The translations under genes and the position numbers were made by a program. A stretch of 64,000 nt of DNA. Source: Roseibium sp. GTDB taxonomy: Bacteria > Pseudomonadota > Alphaproteobacteria > Rhizobiales > Stappiaceae. This document shows positions 1 to 9,783 of the stretch, one piece after another. The notes below the pieces were generated by a model. That model was given only the letters and a program-made list of their open reading frames with translations, had not been told where the DNA came from and made no database searches. The stretch spans positions 88,084-152,083 of the forward strand of contig JBDWQP010000013.1 in NCBI GenBank assembly GCA_039986495.1, given 5' to 3'. How positions within the stretch are numbered: position 1 is the stretch's first letter; every line of letters begins with the position of its first letter.

Positions 1-567
1 ACGTTTGGCTACACATTAGGTATGGCATTCACATTCGGCGGCCTGTTCTCGTTTCTCGCAATGTCACAACAGATTTTTGTCGACGTATTTGGCCTGGGAA
101 ATCTGTTCCCAATCGTTTTTGCGGCAATAGCAATTTCGATGGCCGTGTCATCATTTCTCAATTCAAGACTGGTCGAAGCTATCGGCATGCGTCGCCTGTC
201 TCATGCCGCTGCTCTGTTGTACACCGGGGTGGGATTTGCGATCTTTCTCGCCCCAACACTAGGGTTTGAAAAGCTTTGGCTGTTTCTTGGCCTGACGACA
301 GTTGTCATGATGTCCTTCGGATTTTTAGGCGCTAACTTCAATGCAATGGCCATGGAACCTTTGGGCGATATCGCGGGAACCGCTTCGTCAGTTATCGGAT
401 TCGTCAGTACACTCGGAGGCGCAATCCTCGGGCACATCATGGGCCAGCTCTTCGATGGCTCAACCCAGACACTGGGCCTTGCCTATGCGCTTTATGGTAT
501 TTGCGCGATCGGCTGCATTCTGATCGCGGAACGTGGCCGAATGTTTCATGCGCTTGAGCGCGATTGA
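1..567 (+). CDS. Bcr/CflA-type MFS efflux transporter, C-terminal part (5' end outside the window)
   Basis: The frame is open from base 1. It encodes several hydrophobic helices and ANFNAMAMEPLGDIAGTASS, typical of the Bcr/CflA C-terminal half. Confidence 0.85.
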   Translation, partial: TFGYTLGMAFTFGGLFSFLAMSQQIFVDVFGLGNLFPIVFAAIAISMAVSSFLNSRLVEAIGMRRLSHAAALLYTGVGFAIFLAPTLGFEKLWLFLGLTTVVMMSFGFLGANFNAMAMEPLGDIAGTASSVIGFVSTLGGAILGHIMGQLFDGSTQTLGLAYALYGICAIGCILIAERGRMFHALERD

Positions 568-578
568 GCAACCGAAAA

Positions 579-598
579 AGGCGGGCCAAGGCCCGCCT
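579..598. terminator. Bidirectional intrinsic terminator between the MFS gene and ilvE
   Basis: 9-bp stem AGGCGGGCC-aa-GGCCCGCCT with an A-run on the left, between convergent genes. Confidence 0.75.
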
Positions 599-624
599 CT
601 CGATATTACAAGCTCTGTAGAACG

Positions 625-1527
625 TCAGCCAGCAACAGCTTTCAAAGCCGCACCCTGCGGTCTGACAGCAGCATCATAGTCTTCCATCAATGTCTTGATG
701 ATGTCACCGACCTGAAAAGTTTTGCCAGCGATTTCCGAAACAGGGGTTACTTCAGCCGCTGTTCCGGTGACAAAACACTGTTCAAAGCTGGAAAGCTCAT
801 CAGGCATGATGACTCGCTCCACGACTTCAATGCCGCGATCTCGAGCCAGACCAATCACAGTGCGGCGCGTAATCCCGTCCAGGAAACAATCCGGTGTCGG
901 TGTATGGATCTTACCATCCTTGATGAAAAACACATTGGCTCCGGTCGCTTCAGCAACCTGACCGCGCCAATCCAGCATCAACGCATCGGTATAGCCTTTG
1001 GATTCAGCAGCATGTTTGGAAATGGTGCAGATCATATAAAGACCGGCAGCCTTCGCCTTGTAGGGTGCTGTTTGCGGATCCGGCCTGCGATACTCGGCCA
1101 TATCAAGGCGAATACCCTTCAAACGTTCTTCCGGCGCAAAATAGCTTGGCCATTCCCAGGTCGCGATCGCAAGGTGAATTGTGTTTTTCTGGGCTGAAAT
1201 TCCCATCATTTCGCTGCCACGCCAAGCGACAGGGCGAATATAGGCATCCGTCAGCTTCATGCGCGCCAGTGTTTCTTCCTTAGCTGCATTGATCTGCTCG
1301 GCAGTCCACGGAATATCGAAGCCCAACATGCGCCCCGATTCCAGCAGGCGGTCAGTGTGCTCTTCGGATTTGAAAATGCGGCCACCGTAGGCTCGTTCAC
1401 CTTCAAAAACGCTGCTGCCGTAATGCAGCCCGTGGCTCAACACATGAAGTTTCGCATCAGCCCAGGGAACGAAAGTCCCGTCGTACCAAATGTCACCACT
1501 GAGCTGATCAAAAGGCGCTCCAGCCAT
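625..1527 (-). CDS. ilvE: Branched-chain amino acid aminotransferase (PLP class IV)
   Basis: LHYGSSVFEGERAY, PLP lysine in KAKAAGLY, EATGANVFF, LDGITRRTVI, GTAAEVTPV. Confidence 0.95.
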   Translation of the reverse strand: MAGAPFDQLSGDIWYDGTFVPWADAKLHVLSHGLHYGSSVFEGERAYGGRIFKSEEHTDRLLESGRMLGFDIPWTAEQINAAKEETLARMKLTDAYIRPVAWRGSEMMGISAQKNTIHLAIATWEWPSYFAPEERLKGIRLDMAEYRRPDPQTAPYKAKAAGLYMICTISKHAAESKGYTDALMLDWRGQVAEATGANVFFIKDGKIHTPTPDCFLDGITRRTVIGLARDRGIEVVERVIMPDELSSFEQCFVTGTAAEVTPVSEIAGKTFQVGDIIKTLMEDYDAAVRPQGAALKAVAG

Positions 1528-1771
1528 CTTCCATCTCCCGCGCGCTCATTGAGCGTAATTTGTTTCTCATTCGCAGATTCAAATGGGTCCAGATACTTGA
1601 GCCCATTTCGCTGCGGTATTTTTTGCACAGCACGCCAACTATCGGTATCCTGATAACCGCGATGATCCTGATTGGATTCGTTTAGTATTTGATGCCTAAA
1701 ATAGCATCAAAACGACCGATCATTTCGCTCGCGACTGACTAGAAGTAACAATCGGCTAGAATTAAGTCAAT

Positions 1772-2329
1772 ATGACTGACATAAATTTCAAATCTTCGGT
1801 GCCCTCAAGCAGAAATAGCTTGAAAGACATCGGATCGAAACAATCGGAACACACCGATGAGGAGGCATTGCCATATGACCTCATCGAATTATTGTTTTTC
1901 GCCTATAGGGATTTTACCGGAGATCCGGACGATGCCTTAGCCGAATTTGACTTTGGCCGGGCCCACCACCGCGTTCTTCACTTCGTGGAACGTAATCCCG
2001 GGATAATGGTTACTGATCTTTTGGGCATTTTGCGGATCACGAAGCAAAGCCTTGGCCGCGTCTTAAAACAACTGGTGGACGCTGGCATTATTGAGCAGCG
2101 CGAAGGTTCTCACGATCGGCGTCAACGTTTGCTTTATACGACAGAGCGCGGTCATATCCTTGCCGTTGATTTGACGCGTTTACAGAAAAAACGCCTTGAA
2201 CGTGCCCAAATTGGCCTGCCAGATGGGAGTGACGAAATCATTCGCAAGTTTCTGCTGCAAATGATTGACCCCGAGGCTCGCGGCGACATACTCAAACTCG
2301 TTAGAAGCTCGTTCGACTTGCGGGACTAG
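1772..2329 (+). CDS. MarR family regulator (PetP-like)
   Basis: LLFFAYRDFTGDPD, RAHHRVLHFV, LRITKQSLGRVLKQL, DRRQRLLY winged helix. It sits directly upstream of an OmpR/EnvZ pair. Confidence 0.9.
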   Translation: MTDINFKSSVPSSRNSLKDIGSKQSEHTDEEALPYDLIELLFFAYRDFTGDPDDALAEFDFGRAHHRVLHFVERNPGIMVTDLLGILRITKQSLGRVLKQLVDAGIIEQREGSHDRRQRLLYTTERGHILAVDLTRLQKKRLERAQIGLPDGSDEIIRKFLLQMIDPEARGDILKLVRSSFDLRD

Positions 2330-2358
2330 GCAGATCCGCTCGATACCCAATCACAGGA

Positions 2359-3069
2359 ATGGTTGCTCGTATGAATGCACAAACCCCTGATGACAACGCA
2401 TCCCACATTCTTCTCGTCGATGACGACAACAGAATCCGGGATCTTCTCAGCAGGCTTTTGAAAGAGAACGGGTATCGTGTTTCATCGGCAGCAAATTCTG
2501 CTGAGGCTAGAAAATGTCTATCCGGCCTTGAGTTTGACCTGATCATTTTGGATGTGATGATGCCTGGCGAAACCGGGCTGGAACTGGCGCAATCATTGCG
2601 CAACGACTCGCAGGTTCCGATTTTGATGCTGACGGCTCGTTCCGACGCTCCCGACAGGATTGCTGGATTGGAAGCAGGTGTGGATGACTATCTGGCAAAG
2701 CCATTTGAACCGAAAGAACTTCTGCTCCGGATGGCCGCCATATTAAGGCGGGGAAACCTGCGTCCGACATCACCGGCAACTGAAATCCGGTTTGGACCGT
2801 TTTCTTACAATGCGTCTCGCAGGGAACTCAAAAATGGTGAAGCACCCGTTCGCCTGACCGACCGTGAAAAACAGATCCTCTCAATCTTCGCCGAACAACC
2901 CGGGGCAACAGTCCCGCGGCACAAAATTGTTGGCGATGACAGTGGGTTGGGTGAACGTACCGTAGATGTTCAGATCAACCGCCTGCGCCGGAAAATCGAA
3001 GATGATCCGGGCAATCCGATTTTTCTCCAAACGGTGCGCGGTATTGGCTACCGGTTAGCATGCGATTAG
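2359..3069 (+). CDS. OmpR family response regulator (PetR-like)
   Basis: ILLVDDD, LIILDVMMPG, DDYLAKPF receiver motifs; RTVDVQINRLRRKIE and QTVRGIGY winged helix. The start could be 2371. Confidence 0.95.
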   Translation: MVARMNAQTPDDNASHILLVDDDNRIRDLLSRLLKENGYRVSSAANSAEARKCLSGLEFDLIILDVMMPGETGLELAQSLRNDSQVPILMLTARSDAPDRIAGLEAGVDDYLAKPFEPKELLLRMAAILRRGNLRPTSPATEIRFGPFSYNASRRELKNGEAPVRLTDREKQILSIFAEQPGATVPRHKIVGDDSGLGERTVDVQINRLRRKIEDDPGNPIFLQTVRGIGYRLACD

Positions 3070-3080
3070 GCACTGTTTGA

Positions 3081-4487
3081 ATGGCAAGCATTGAAGGATT
3101 AATCAGGAAGGTCACGGTTCCCGCCTCACTCAAACCGTTCCTGAAGCCGCTTTACAACGGATACAGACGGCTATCGCGTTTTGTCTACAGGGTCATGCCT
3201 AAAGGTCTTTATACGCGGACCTTTCTGATCATTGTCGTACCGATGGTCATTCTCCAGTCCGTACTGGCGTATGTTTTCATGGAACGTCATTACGAGCTGG
3301 TCTCACGGCGTATGTCAGAGGCAATTGTCCGGCAGATATCCGCAGTGGTGTTTGTCATTGAGAATTACCCGCAAGACCCGGAACATAAAAAAATCGAGGA
3401 ACTGGGCAGCAAGGCGCTCGGCATGTCGATGTCGCTCACACCATTGGAACCTCTACCAGCACCAACGTCCAAGCCTTATTTCGACGTGATTGATCAAGAA
3501 CTTAGCAAAGCCATAAGCCAAAATATCGGCCGACCATTCTGGATCGATACTGTTGGTCGGTCCCGGTTTGTGGAAATCAGGATACAGTTGGACAACGCCA
3601 TCCTGCGTATCTTTGCCCGCCGCAATCAGACTTACGCATCCAACTCTCATATTTTTCTTGTCTGGATGGTTTCGACATCATTTGTGCTGATATCGATCGC
3701 ATTGCTGTTTCTTCGGAATCAGATCAGACCAATTGTCCGCCTTGCCGATGCAGCGGAAGCCTTCGGCAAAGGCCGACCAGCTGAGAACTTCAAGGCTTCA
3801 GGAGCCCAGGAAGTTCGCCGTGCTGGCATCGCTTTTGTTGACATGCGCCGCCGGATCGAACGCCAGCTAGAACAAAGAACCACGATGCTGGCGGGTGTCA
3901 GCCATGATCTCCGAACCATCTTGACCCGCCTCAGACTCCAGCTGGCATTTCTCGGTGAGAGTTCTGAAAGCGAAGCGATGCGCAAGGATGTCGACGAGAT
4001 GAGCCACATGCTCGAAGACTATCTTGCTTTTGCTAGGGGTGATGGTGACGAGGACGCCGAAATTGCCGATGTCGGGCTGATCCTGGAAGAACTGGAAGAA
4101 GAGGCCGAAATCTCCGGTCACAATGTCACTGTTGCATTTGACGGTTCTTCGGAAGTTGAACTCCGACGCCTATCCATGAAACGGTGCCTGTCAAATCTTG
4201 TCACCAACGCCTGTAAATATGGCGATAGGGTTGAAGTCTCCGGCATAATCGACAACGGCTGGCTCATCATCATGATTGATGACGACGGCCCCGGAATTCC
4301 CGCGGAAGAACGTGAAACGGCTGTTCGGGCCTTCCACAGGTTGGACCTGGCTCGAAATCAGGATGAAAGCGGTAGCGGGCTTGGCCTTGCCATCGCACGC
4401 GATATAGCCAGATCGCATGGAGGCGATCTTTATCTGGAAGACAGCCCGCTTGGCGGCCTCAGAGCCAAATTGCGCATACCAGCCTAG
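3081..4487 (+). CDS. EnvZ-like sensor histidine kinase
   Basis: Two TM segments, HAMP, H-box AGVSHDLRT, N-box NLVTNA, DDDGPG and GSGLGLAI. Confidence 0.95.
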   Translation: MASIEGLIRKVTVPASLKPFLKPLYNGYRRLSRFVYRVMPKGLYTRTFLIIVVPMVILQSVLAYVFMERHYELVSRRMSEAIVRQISAVVFVIENYPQDPEHKKIEELGSKALGMSMSLTPLEPLPAPTSKPYFDVIDQELSKAISQNIGRPFWIDTVGRSRFVEIRIQLDNAILRIFARRNQTYASNSHIFLVWMVSTSFVLISIALLFLRNQIRPIVRLADAAEAFGKGRPAENFKASGAQEVRRAGIAFVDMRRRIERQLEQRTTMLAGVSHDLRTILTRLRLQLAFLGESSESEAMRKDVDEMSHMLEDYLAFARGDGDEDAEIADVGLILEELEEEAEISGHNVTVAFDGSSEVELRRLSMKRCLSNLVTNACKYGDRVEVSGIIDNGWLIIMIDDDGPGIPAEERETAVRAFHRLDLARNQDESGSGLGLAIARDIARSHGGDLYLEDSPLGGLRAKLRIPA

Positions 4488-4510
4488 CAAATTTCAGTTG
4501 GAAGAAGCCA

Positions 4511-4852
4511 TTAATAGAGCCTGCCACCGATAGGCACATCCTTGCTGGGCGCCAACAGTACAACCTCGCCGTCCTCATCGGGGACGCCGAGCGTCAACAC
4601 TTCAGACATGACGGGTCCAATCTGTCGAGGTGGAAAATTGACCACAGCCATCACGAGCCGGTCGATCAAAGTGTCCGGTGTGTAGTGTTTCGTGATCTGC
4701 GCTGATGTCTTCTTGATCCCGATTTCTGGACCAAAATCAATCTGCATCTTGTAGGCTGGTTTGCGCGCTTCTGGAAAATCTTCGACCTTGATAATACGGC
4801 CAACACGGACATCCACCTTTAGAAAATCATCAAAACTAATCTGTTCGCTCAC
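4511..4852 (-). CDS. csaA: tRNA-binding/secretion chaperone CsaA
   Basis: DFLKVDVRVG, ARKPAYK, SAQIT, VVNFPPRQIG, SEVLTLG. A GTG start at 4852 with an AAGGAG RBS is preferred over 4882. Confidence 0.9.
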   Translation of the reverse strand: MSEQISFDDFLKVDVRVGRIIKVEDFPEARKPAYKMQIDFGPEIGIKKTSAQITKHYTPDTLIDRLVMAVVNFPPRQIGPVMSEVLTLGVPDEDGEVVLLAPSKDVPIGGRLY

Positions 4853-4917
4853 GAAAATCTCCTTGTTATCCAAAGCGGCCATGTAGCTTTAGAGCGTTCT
4901 TCGCAAGGCAGGTTTTC

Positions 4918-5610
4918 TCAAGCATTTGCATGCGCTTCGGCATCAGTTTGGCCGTTTTCGTCAAGGTCATCACGCTCATGTCGCTTTCGGCGGCCGGAAG
5001 CTGATCGGACAAATGACTTTAGGCCTTTGGCAAGGCCTTCAATCCTGGAAAGGCGTTTCATGAAGGAAGTCCCTTTGTCCAACTCCTTGTCCAATCTGGC
5101 CATTGTCCGAGGCATGCCTTCATCAATTTCCTCGAGCCAGGTATCCATCACACGAGAAAAAGCAACTGCCAAAGCTTGTGCAACGACCCTTGCCTTCACG
5201 CCCGACAAGTCTATCCCTGCCGCGATCAACATCCATTTTTGTGACCTGACTTCAATCCGGTTGAAGTCCAGCGCCAAACCGGGGTCATGTTTTGCAGCTT
5301 CATGGAGCGTACGAACAGCATCCTTGTATTCAGCCAGGGCATCTATGCGAGACATCAGGATATCAAACAGGCGGTCGCGCGCGGGTTGGTCTCCCATTTC
5401 CGCATCACGTTCATCCAGCACAGACTTGTCTACCTGTTCGGCAAAGGATTTCACCAGTTCGAGTTTTGAGCCATAGGCATCGCGTAGGTCTGAAAGTTTC
5501 ACGTCCGCTGCATCGGCGAGTATCGGCAACGATACATCCTGGTAGGAATGCTCGCCCAGAAGCTTCAGGAACGTTTTGAGGATCTTTTGTTTGGTTTTTG
5601 CGGTTGCCAT
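4918..5610 (-). CDS. TetR/AcrR-like protein
   Basis: N-terminal HTH-like region (LADAADVKLSDLRDAYGSK) and a helical C-domain with RDRLFDILMSR. Confidence 0.75.
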   Translation of the reverse strand: MATAKTKQKILKTFLKLLGEHSYQDVSLPILADAADVKLSDLRDAYGSKLELVKSFAEQVDKSVLDERDAEMGDQPARDRLFDILMSRIDALAEYKDAVRTLHEAAKHDPGLALDFNRIEVRSQKWMLIAAGIDLSGVKARVVAQALAVAFSRVMDTWLEEIDEGMPRTMARLDKELDKGTSFMKRLSRIEGLAKGLKSFVRSASGRRKRHERDDLDENGQTDAEAHANA

Positions 5611-5705
5611 TGAACAAGTCTCCGATGCGGCGTTCTTATCGAAAGATAGGAGACCAAAGCTGCGGCGAAAAGAGTGACTGTCCGCCGCATCTCTATTTAT
5701 TTTGA

Positions 5706-6524
5706 TTATTCGGCCAGTTCCTTCGCCCGTCTGACCGCTGCAGCAACAGCTTCGGTCATTACGGGCTGCAATCCGTCCACATGCATCAAAACATCCAAAG
5801 CAGCGGCAGTCGTGCCGTTGGGGCTGGTAACATTCTTGCGAAGGATAGAGGGATGATCACCAGATTGATGCATCAGTTCGCCAGCCCCAGAGACAGTTGC
5901 CACAGCCAGCTCATGAGCGAGCTCCTCCGGCAACCCTGCCACCTTGCCTGCTTCACTCAACGCTTCTGCGAGAAAGAAGACATAGGCTGGGCCAGATCCG
6001 CTGACACCTGTCACCAGATCGATCTGGCTTTCTTCATCCAGCCAGACCACCTTGCCAACAGCTGACAACAATCGGGCGATGGTCTGTTTTTGCGGCTCGG
6101 AGACAAGATCAGTTGGGTAGACAGCAGTAATTCCCCGCTTCACCATGGCAGGTGTGTTCGGCATGCATCGTGCAACTGGAATATCGCTAAAGACCGACAG
6201 AAACTTCGAGACCGGTGTTCCTGCTGCAACAGACAAGATCAGCGTATCCGGCTGAACGGCTGATATAAGGCCCGGCAACACTGCATCCATCATTTGCGGT
6301 TTGACCGCAATGAGAACGATACTTGCGATCAAATCGTCTGGCACGGACGTCACATGACGAATGCCATGTTGTTTGAGCAGGGATTCCATGTCCTGCGACA
6401 ATTTAGGGTCACAGACAACAATTGAGGATGGATCGATGCCATCGGCCATCCATCCTGCCAGCATTGCGCCTCCCATCTTGCCGGCGCCGACAAGCAGGAA
6501 GGGACGTTCTTTGGAAAAAGTCAT
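5706..6524 (-). CDS. proC: Pyrroline-5-carboxylate reductase
   Basis: GAGKMG, IAVKPQ, RCMPNTP, SGSGPAYVF, VTSPNGTT. Confidence 0.97.
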   Translation of the reverse strand: MTFSKERPFLLVGAGKMGGAMLAGWMADGIDPSSIVVCDPKLSQDMESLLKQHGIRHVTSVPDDLIASIVLIAVKPQMMDAVLPGLISAVQPDTLILSVAAGTPVSKFLSVFSDIPVARCMPNTPAMVKRGITAVYPTDLVSEPQKQTIARLLSAVGKVVWLDEESQIDLVTGVSGSGPAYVFFLAEALSEAGKVAGLPEELAHELAVATVSGAGELMHQSGDHPSILRKNVTSPNGTTAAALDVLMHVDGLQPVMTEAVAAAVRRAKELAE

Positions 6525-7021
6525 GCTTCTCCTGCGGTTTCAAACAAGGCAGTTTTCATTGCTTCAGAGGCAGTTTGACCCGCCCAAACAACGAATTGAA
6601 AGGCTTGATAGAAACGCTCACAATTTTCAAGGGCATTTGTCAGCATTGCTTCGATCTGGGCGGACGATGCCTCCGCACCACCAGTCAACAAAAGCGACTG
6701 TCGGAACATGATGACACCTTCCTTGCTCCAAAGATCAAAATGCCCAGCCCAAATCTGCTCGTTGACCAATGCCAGTAATCGCACGATTTCGGTTTTACGC
6801 AGTTCAGTTACCTTCAAGTCGAAAGCACATGCCAGATGCAGCGATTCCACATCCCCCATCCAGGAAAAAGACACGTGATAATCACACCAGCTTCCGGCGA
6901 CGGAGATGGTAATTTCATCTTCGTCCGACCGGTCAAAGGTCCAGTCGTTTAAAGCTGCAACAGTTTCAATCGTATCTACGGGGTTACCAGGTCGCTCGAA
7001 TTCGATTTCCATCAAGCTCAT
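6521..7021 (-). CDS. YbjN domain protein
   Basis: NPVDTIE, WCDYHVSFSW, NEQIWAGHFDLW, CERFYQAFQFVVWAG. ATG at 7021 has an RBS, and the stop overlaps the proC start (ATGA). Confidence 0.85.
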   Translation of the reverse strand: MSLMEIEFERPGNPVDTIETVAALNDWTFDRSDEDEITISVAGSWCDYHVSFSWMGDVESLHLACAFDLKVTELRKTEIVRLLALVNEQIWAGHFDLWSKEGVIMFRQSLLLTGGAEASSAQIEAMLTNALENCERFYQAFQFVVWAGQTASEAMKTALFETAGEA

Positions 7022-7363
7022 GACGCCGTCTCCCTTTCGAGCCGGGGCCGTATACCCGATCAAACGACCGGATGGGCCGCCGGGACAAGTCGTAAACGAG
7101 GAGCAAAGACGCTTCCTGATACTGGTCCTAGAGTCGAACCGGTTCCGTCTTGCTCCGACGAATCCCTGTTGTTTCGAGTATAGGATCAGGAAGGATTTGA
7201 GCGAAACATGCCTTGCACCGAGGCAATGTTGAAACTTGTGGACGACTCAACAAGACATCTCGCCAATTTGCTCAAAAACACTGGGATACCGCCAAGTCTA
7301 ATTGTCGTAAAACTGTTACAGACAATTAACAGAAATCAGCAGTTTGGACTTCAAAGCGCTCGA

Positions 7364-7630
7364 TCAAGCGCTCTTATTTGTCCGTTTTGCAGGCTTTTCG
7401 AGTTTTGCCAACCGAGCTTCCAGTTCTTCGATTTTATCGAGAGCCTTCACAGCCATGTCTTTCACAGCTTCATGTTCTTCACGCGAAACAATGTCCATGT
7501 CGGACAAAAAGCGTTCGGCCTGCGCTCTGAATGCAGTTTCCACCTCACGGCGAGCACCTTGTGCAACACCGGCAGCATCCGTCATCAGTTTAGCGAAATC
7601 ATCGAGAATACGGTTTGGGCCCTGGGTCAT
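7364..7630 (-). CDS. ubiK: Ubiquinone biosynthesis accessory factor UbiK (BMFP family)
   Basis: 88 aa; MTQGPNRILDDFAKLMTDAAG, DIVSREEHEAVK, LEARLAKLE coiled coil; GGAGG RBS. Confidence 0.85.
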   Translation of the reverse strand: MTQGPNRILDDFAKLMTDAAGVAQGARREVETAFRAQAERFLSDMDIVSREEHEAVKDMAVKALDKIEELEARLAKLEKPAKRTNKSA

Positions 7631-7810
7631 TTGACCCTCCTTGTTCAGGAACAGATTTACACCCGACAGGTATGGGGGTTTTGAAACAACTTCAAGCACC
7701 TATTCTGCCGCACAAGTGAAATGGTGATGACTTGACGGACGTATTGAGATCCCGCATGCGTTGCGCCACATTATAACTGGCCGTCAAAAGCTGTTCAAAA
7801 GAGGTCTGAA

Positions 7811-8644
7811 TTGCCACCTGTGTCCGCACTGCCTTTTCCGGCTATTGATCCGGTTATCTTTCAAATCGGTCCCTTTGCACTGCGCTGGTACGCGCTGGCT
7901 TACATCGTTGGTATAATACTGGCTTGGCGCTACATGCGCTTACTCGCATTAAACGACAGGCTTTGGGGAAACCTTAAAAGACCTACATTGGCAGACCTTG
8001 ATGATTTTGTTCTTTGGGGGACGCTCGGCATAATTATCGGCGGGCGCCTTGGGTATGTTCTGTTCTATAACCCCGCCTATTACCTCGCCAATCCCTTTGA
8101 AGCTCTAGCTGTCTGGTCGGGAGGGATGTCCTTTCACGGCGGCTTTGCCGGAACGGTGATTGCCATAGCCCTTTTTGCCTGGCGTCGTGGCCTTTCGATC
8201 TGGACATTGTTCGATCTTGCCGGATGTGCTGCGCCAATTGGATTGTTCTTCGGACGTATCGCAAATTTCATCAATGCAGAGCTTTGGGGCCGGGTTACAG
8301 ACGTGCCCTGGGCATTCGTGTTTCCGGGCGGCGGACCGGAACCACGCCATCCAAGTCAGCTCTATGAAGCCGCACTTGAAGGCTTACTGCTCTTTGCCAT
8401 TCTCAGATTTCTAAGCACCCGGTTTGAACTCCTCAAAAAACCTGGTTTCATGGCTGGAGCGTTCGCTTGCGGATACGGCCTTTCCCGGTCGTTTGTTGAA
8501 CTCTACCGCATGCCCGATGCCCATATCGGCTATTTGAATGGTATTTTCACCATGGGCATGTTGCTTTCCGCCCCAATGATCCTTGCCGGTATCGCAACCA
8601 TGATCTGGGCGAGCACTCGCAACCCGAAAGCCGTCAATCCGTGA
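7811..8644 (+). CDS. lgt: Prolipoprotein diacylglyceryl transferase
   Basis: LRWYALAY, GGRLGYVLFY, GGMSFHGG, GRIANFINAELWGR, RHPSQLYEA. Confidence 0.97.
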   Translation: MPPVSALPFPAIDPVIFQIGPFALRWYALAYIVGIILAWRYMRLLALNDRLWGNLKRPTLADLDDFVLWGTLGIIIGGRLGYVLFYNPAYYLANPFEALAVWSGGMSFHGGFAGTVIAIALFAWRRGLSIWTLFDLAGCAAPIGLFFGRIANFINAELWGRVTDVPWAFVFPGGGPEPRHPSQLYEAALEGLLLFAILRFLSTRFELLKKPGFMAGAFACGYGLSRSFVELYRMPDAHIGYLNGIFTMGMLLSAPMILAGIATMIWASTRNPKAVNP

Positions 8645-9729
8645 CGGGATTAAAAGAAAAGATAAAAGCCCGGCTTACTTCTGACGGTCCCATGTCGATT
8701 GCACATTACATGACGATGTGCTTGAGCGACCCTGAGGCCGGTTACTACACAACACGTGAACCGTTCGGTGAAAAAGGTGATTTCATTACGGCTCCAGAGG
8801 TTAGCCAAATGTTTGGTGAGCTGATCGGAGCAGTTTGTCTGGGAGCCTATGAAAGCCTGGGGTGTCCCGAACAGTTTGAACTCGTGGAACTTGGCCCAGG
8901 TCGCGGCACTTTGATGAACGATATCGTTCGAACTGTTGCCCTCCGCCCCGACTTTGTTGATGCTGCACACCTGAACCTTATCGAGATGAGCCCGCGATTA
9001 CGGAACATACAGCTCAAAACGCTTGGCAATTCTAAACTCAAACCTTCTTTTCTGGACCGTTTTCAGGATCTCCCAGACAGACCAGTTATTCTTGTTGCCA
9101 ACGAGTTTTTCGATGCGCTGCCAATCCATCAGTTTGTCAAAACTCCAGATGGCTGGATTGAGAGGCAGATCGGACTCAGCGAAGCCGGAGAACTGATGTT
9201 TGGCCTTGGGACAGCCCGTTTACCCGACACAGCAGTTCCAATCGGGGCAAAATCATCTCCAGTGGGCACCATTTTGGAAACACAACCAGCAGCCAACGCA
9301 TTTGTTGAGGAAATCGGAGCACACTTGGCAAAATATGGCGGCGCGGCTCTTTTTTTAGACTATGGCTATCTCAAGTCGGCTCCGGGCGACACATTACAAG
9401 CCCTCCATAATCATGCCTTTGATGATCCACTTGCAAATCCGGGCGAAGCTGACTTGACCGCTCACGTCAATTTCGAAGCGTTGGCGATTGCGGCAACAAA
9501 TGGCGGAGCATTTGCCCTCCCACCTCTCGAACAAGGTGAGTTTCTGCTCCGCTCAGGCCTTTTGGAACGTGCCGGATCCCTTGGCCATGGAAAATCCCAG
9601 CAGCAGCAAGAAGCACTCCATGATGCAGTTGAGCGCCTTGCTGCCCCTGATCAAATGGGCCAACTCTTCAAAGTTCTCGCGATCACTGGAGATGGGGCTC
9701 TCTTCCCGCCATTTGACTCGATCCCATGA
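8641..9729 (+). CDS. SAM-dependent methyltransferase, MidA/NDUFAF7 family
   Basis: GYY...GDFITAPEVSQMFGEL, ELGPGRGTL, ANEFFDALP, DYGY, DLTAHVNF. Confidence 0.92.
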   Translation: MTGLKEKIKARLTSDGPMSIAHYMTMCLSDPEAGYYTTREPFGEKGDFITAPEVSQMFGELIGAVCLGAYESLGCPEQFELVELGPGRGTLMNDIVRTVALRPDFVDAAHLNLIEMSPRLRNIQLKTLGNSKLKPSFLDRFQDLPDRPVILVANEFFDALPIHQFVKTPDGWIERQIGLSEAGELMFGLGTARLPDTAVPIGAKSSPVGTILETQPAANAFVEEIGAHLAKYGGAALFLDYGYLKSAPGDTLQALHNHAFDDPLANPGEADLTAHVNFEALAIAATNGGAFALPPLEQGEFLLRSGLLERAGSLGHGKSQQQQEALHDAVERLAAPDQMGQLFKVLAITGDGALFPPFDSIP

Positions 9730-9783
9730 AGTCACCAAGGATCCATATAAGGTGAAACGATTTTCCGTTTCCGGAGTGTTGGA

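Noticed and set aside
1681-1722. Possible ilvE attenuator leader peptide (minus strand MIGRFDAILGIKY)
   Set aside because: It has no run of Ile/Leu/Val codons, no RBS and no clear terminator/antiterminator pair.
1772-3069. Direct regulatory link of the PetP/PetR-like pair to petABC, as in Rhodobacter gene order
   Set aside because: petABC is more than 40 kb away, and nothing in the sequence supports a link.
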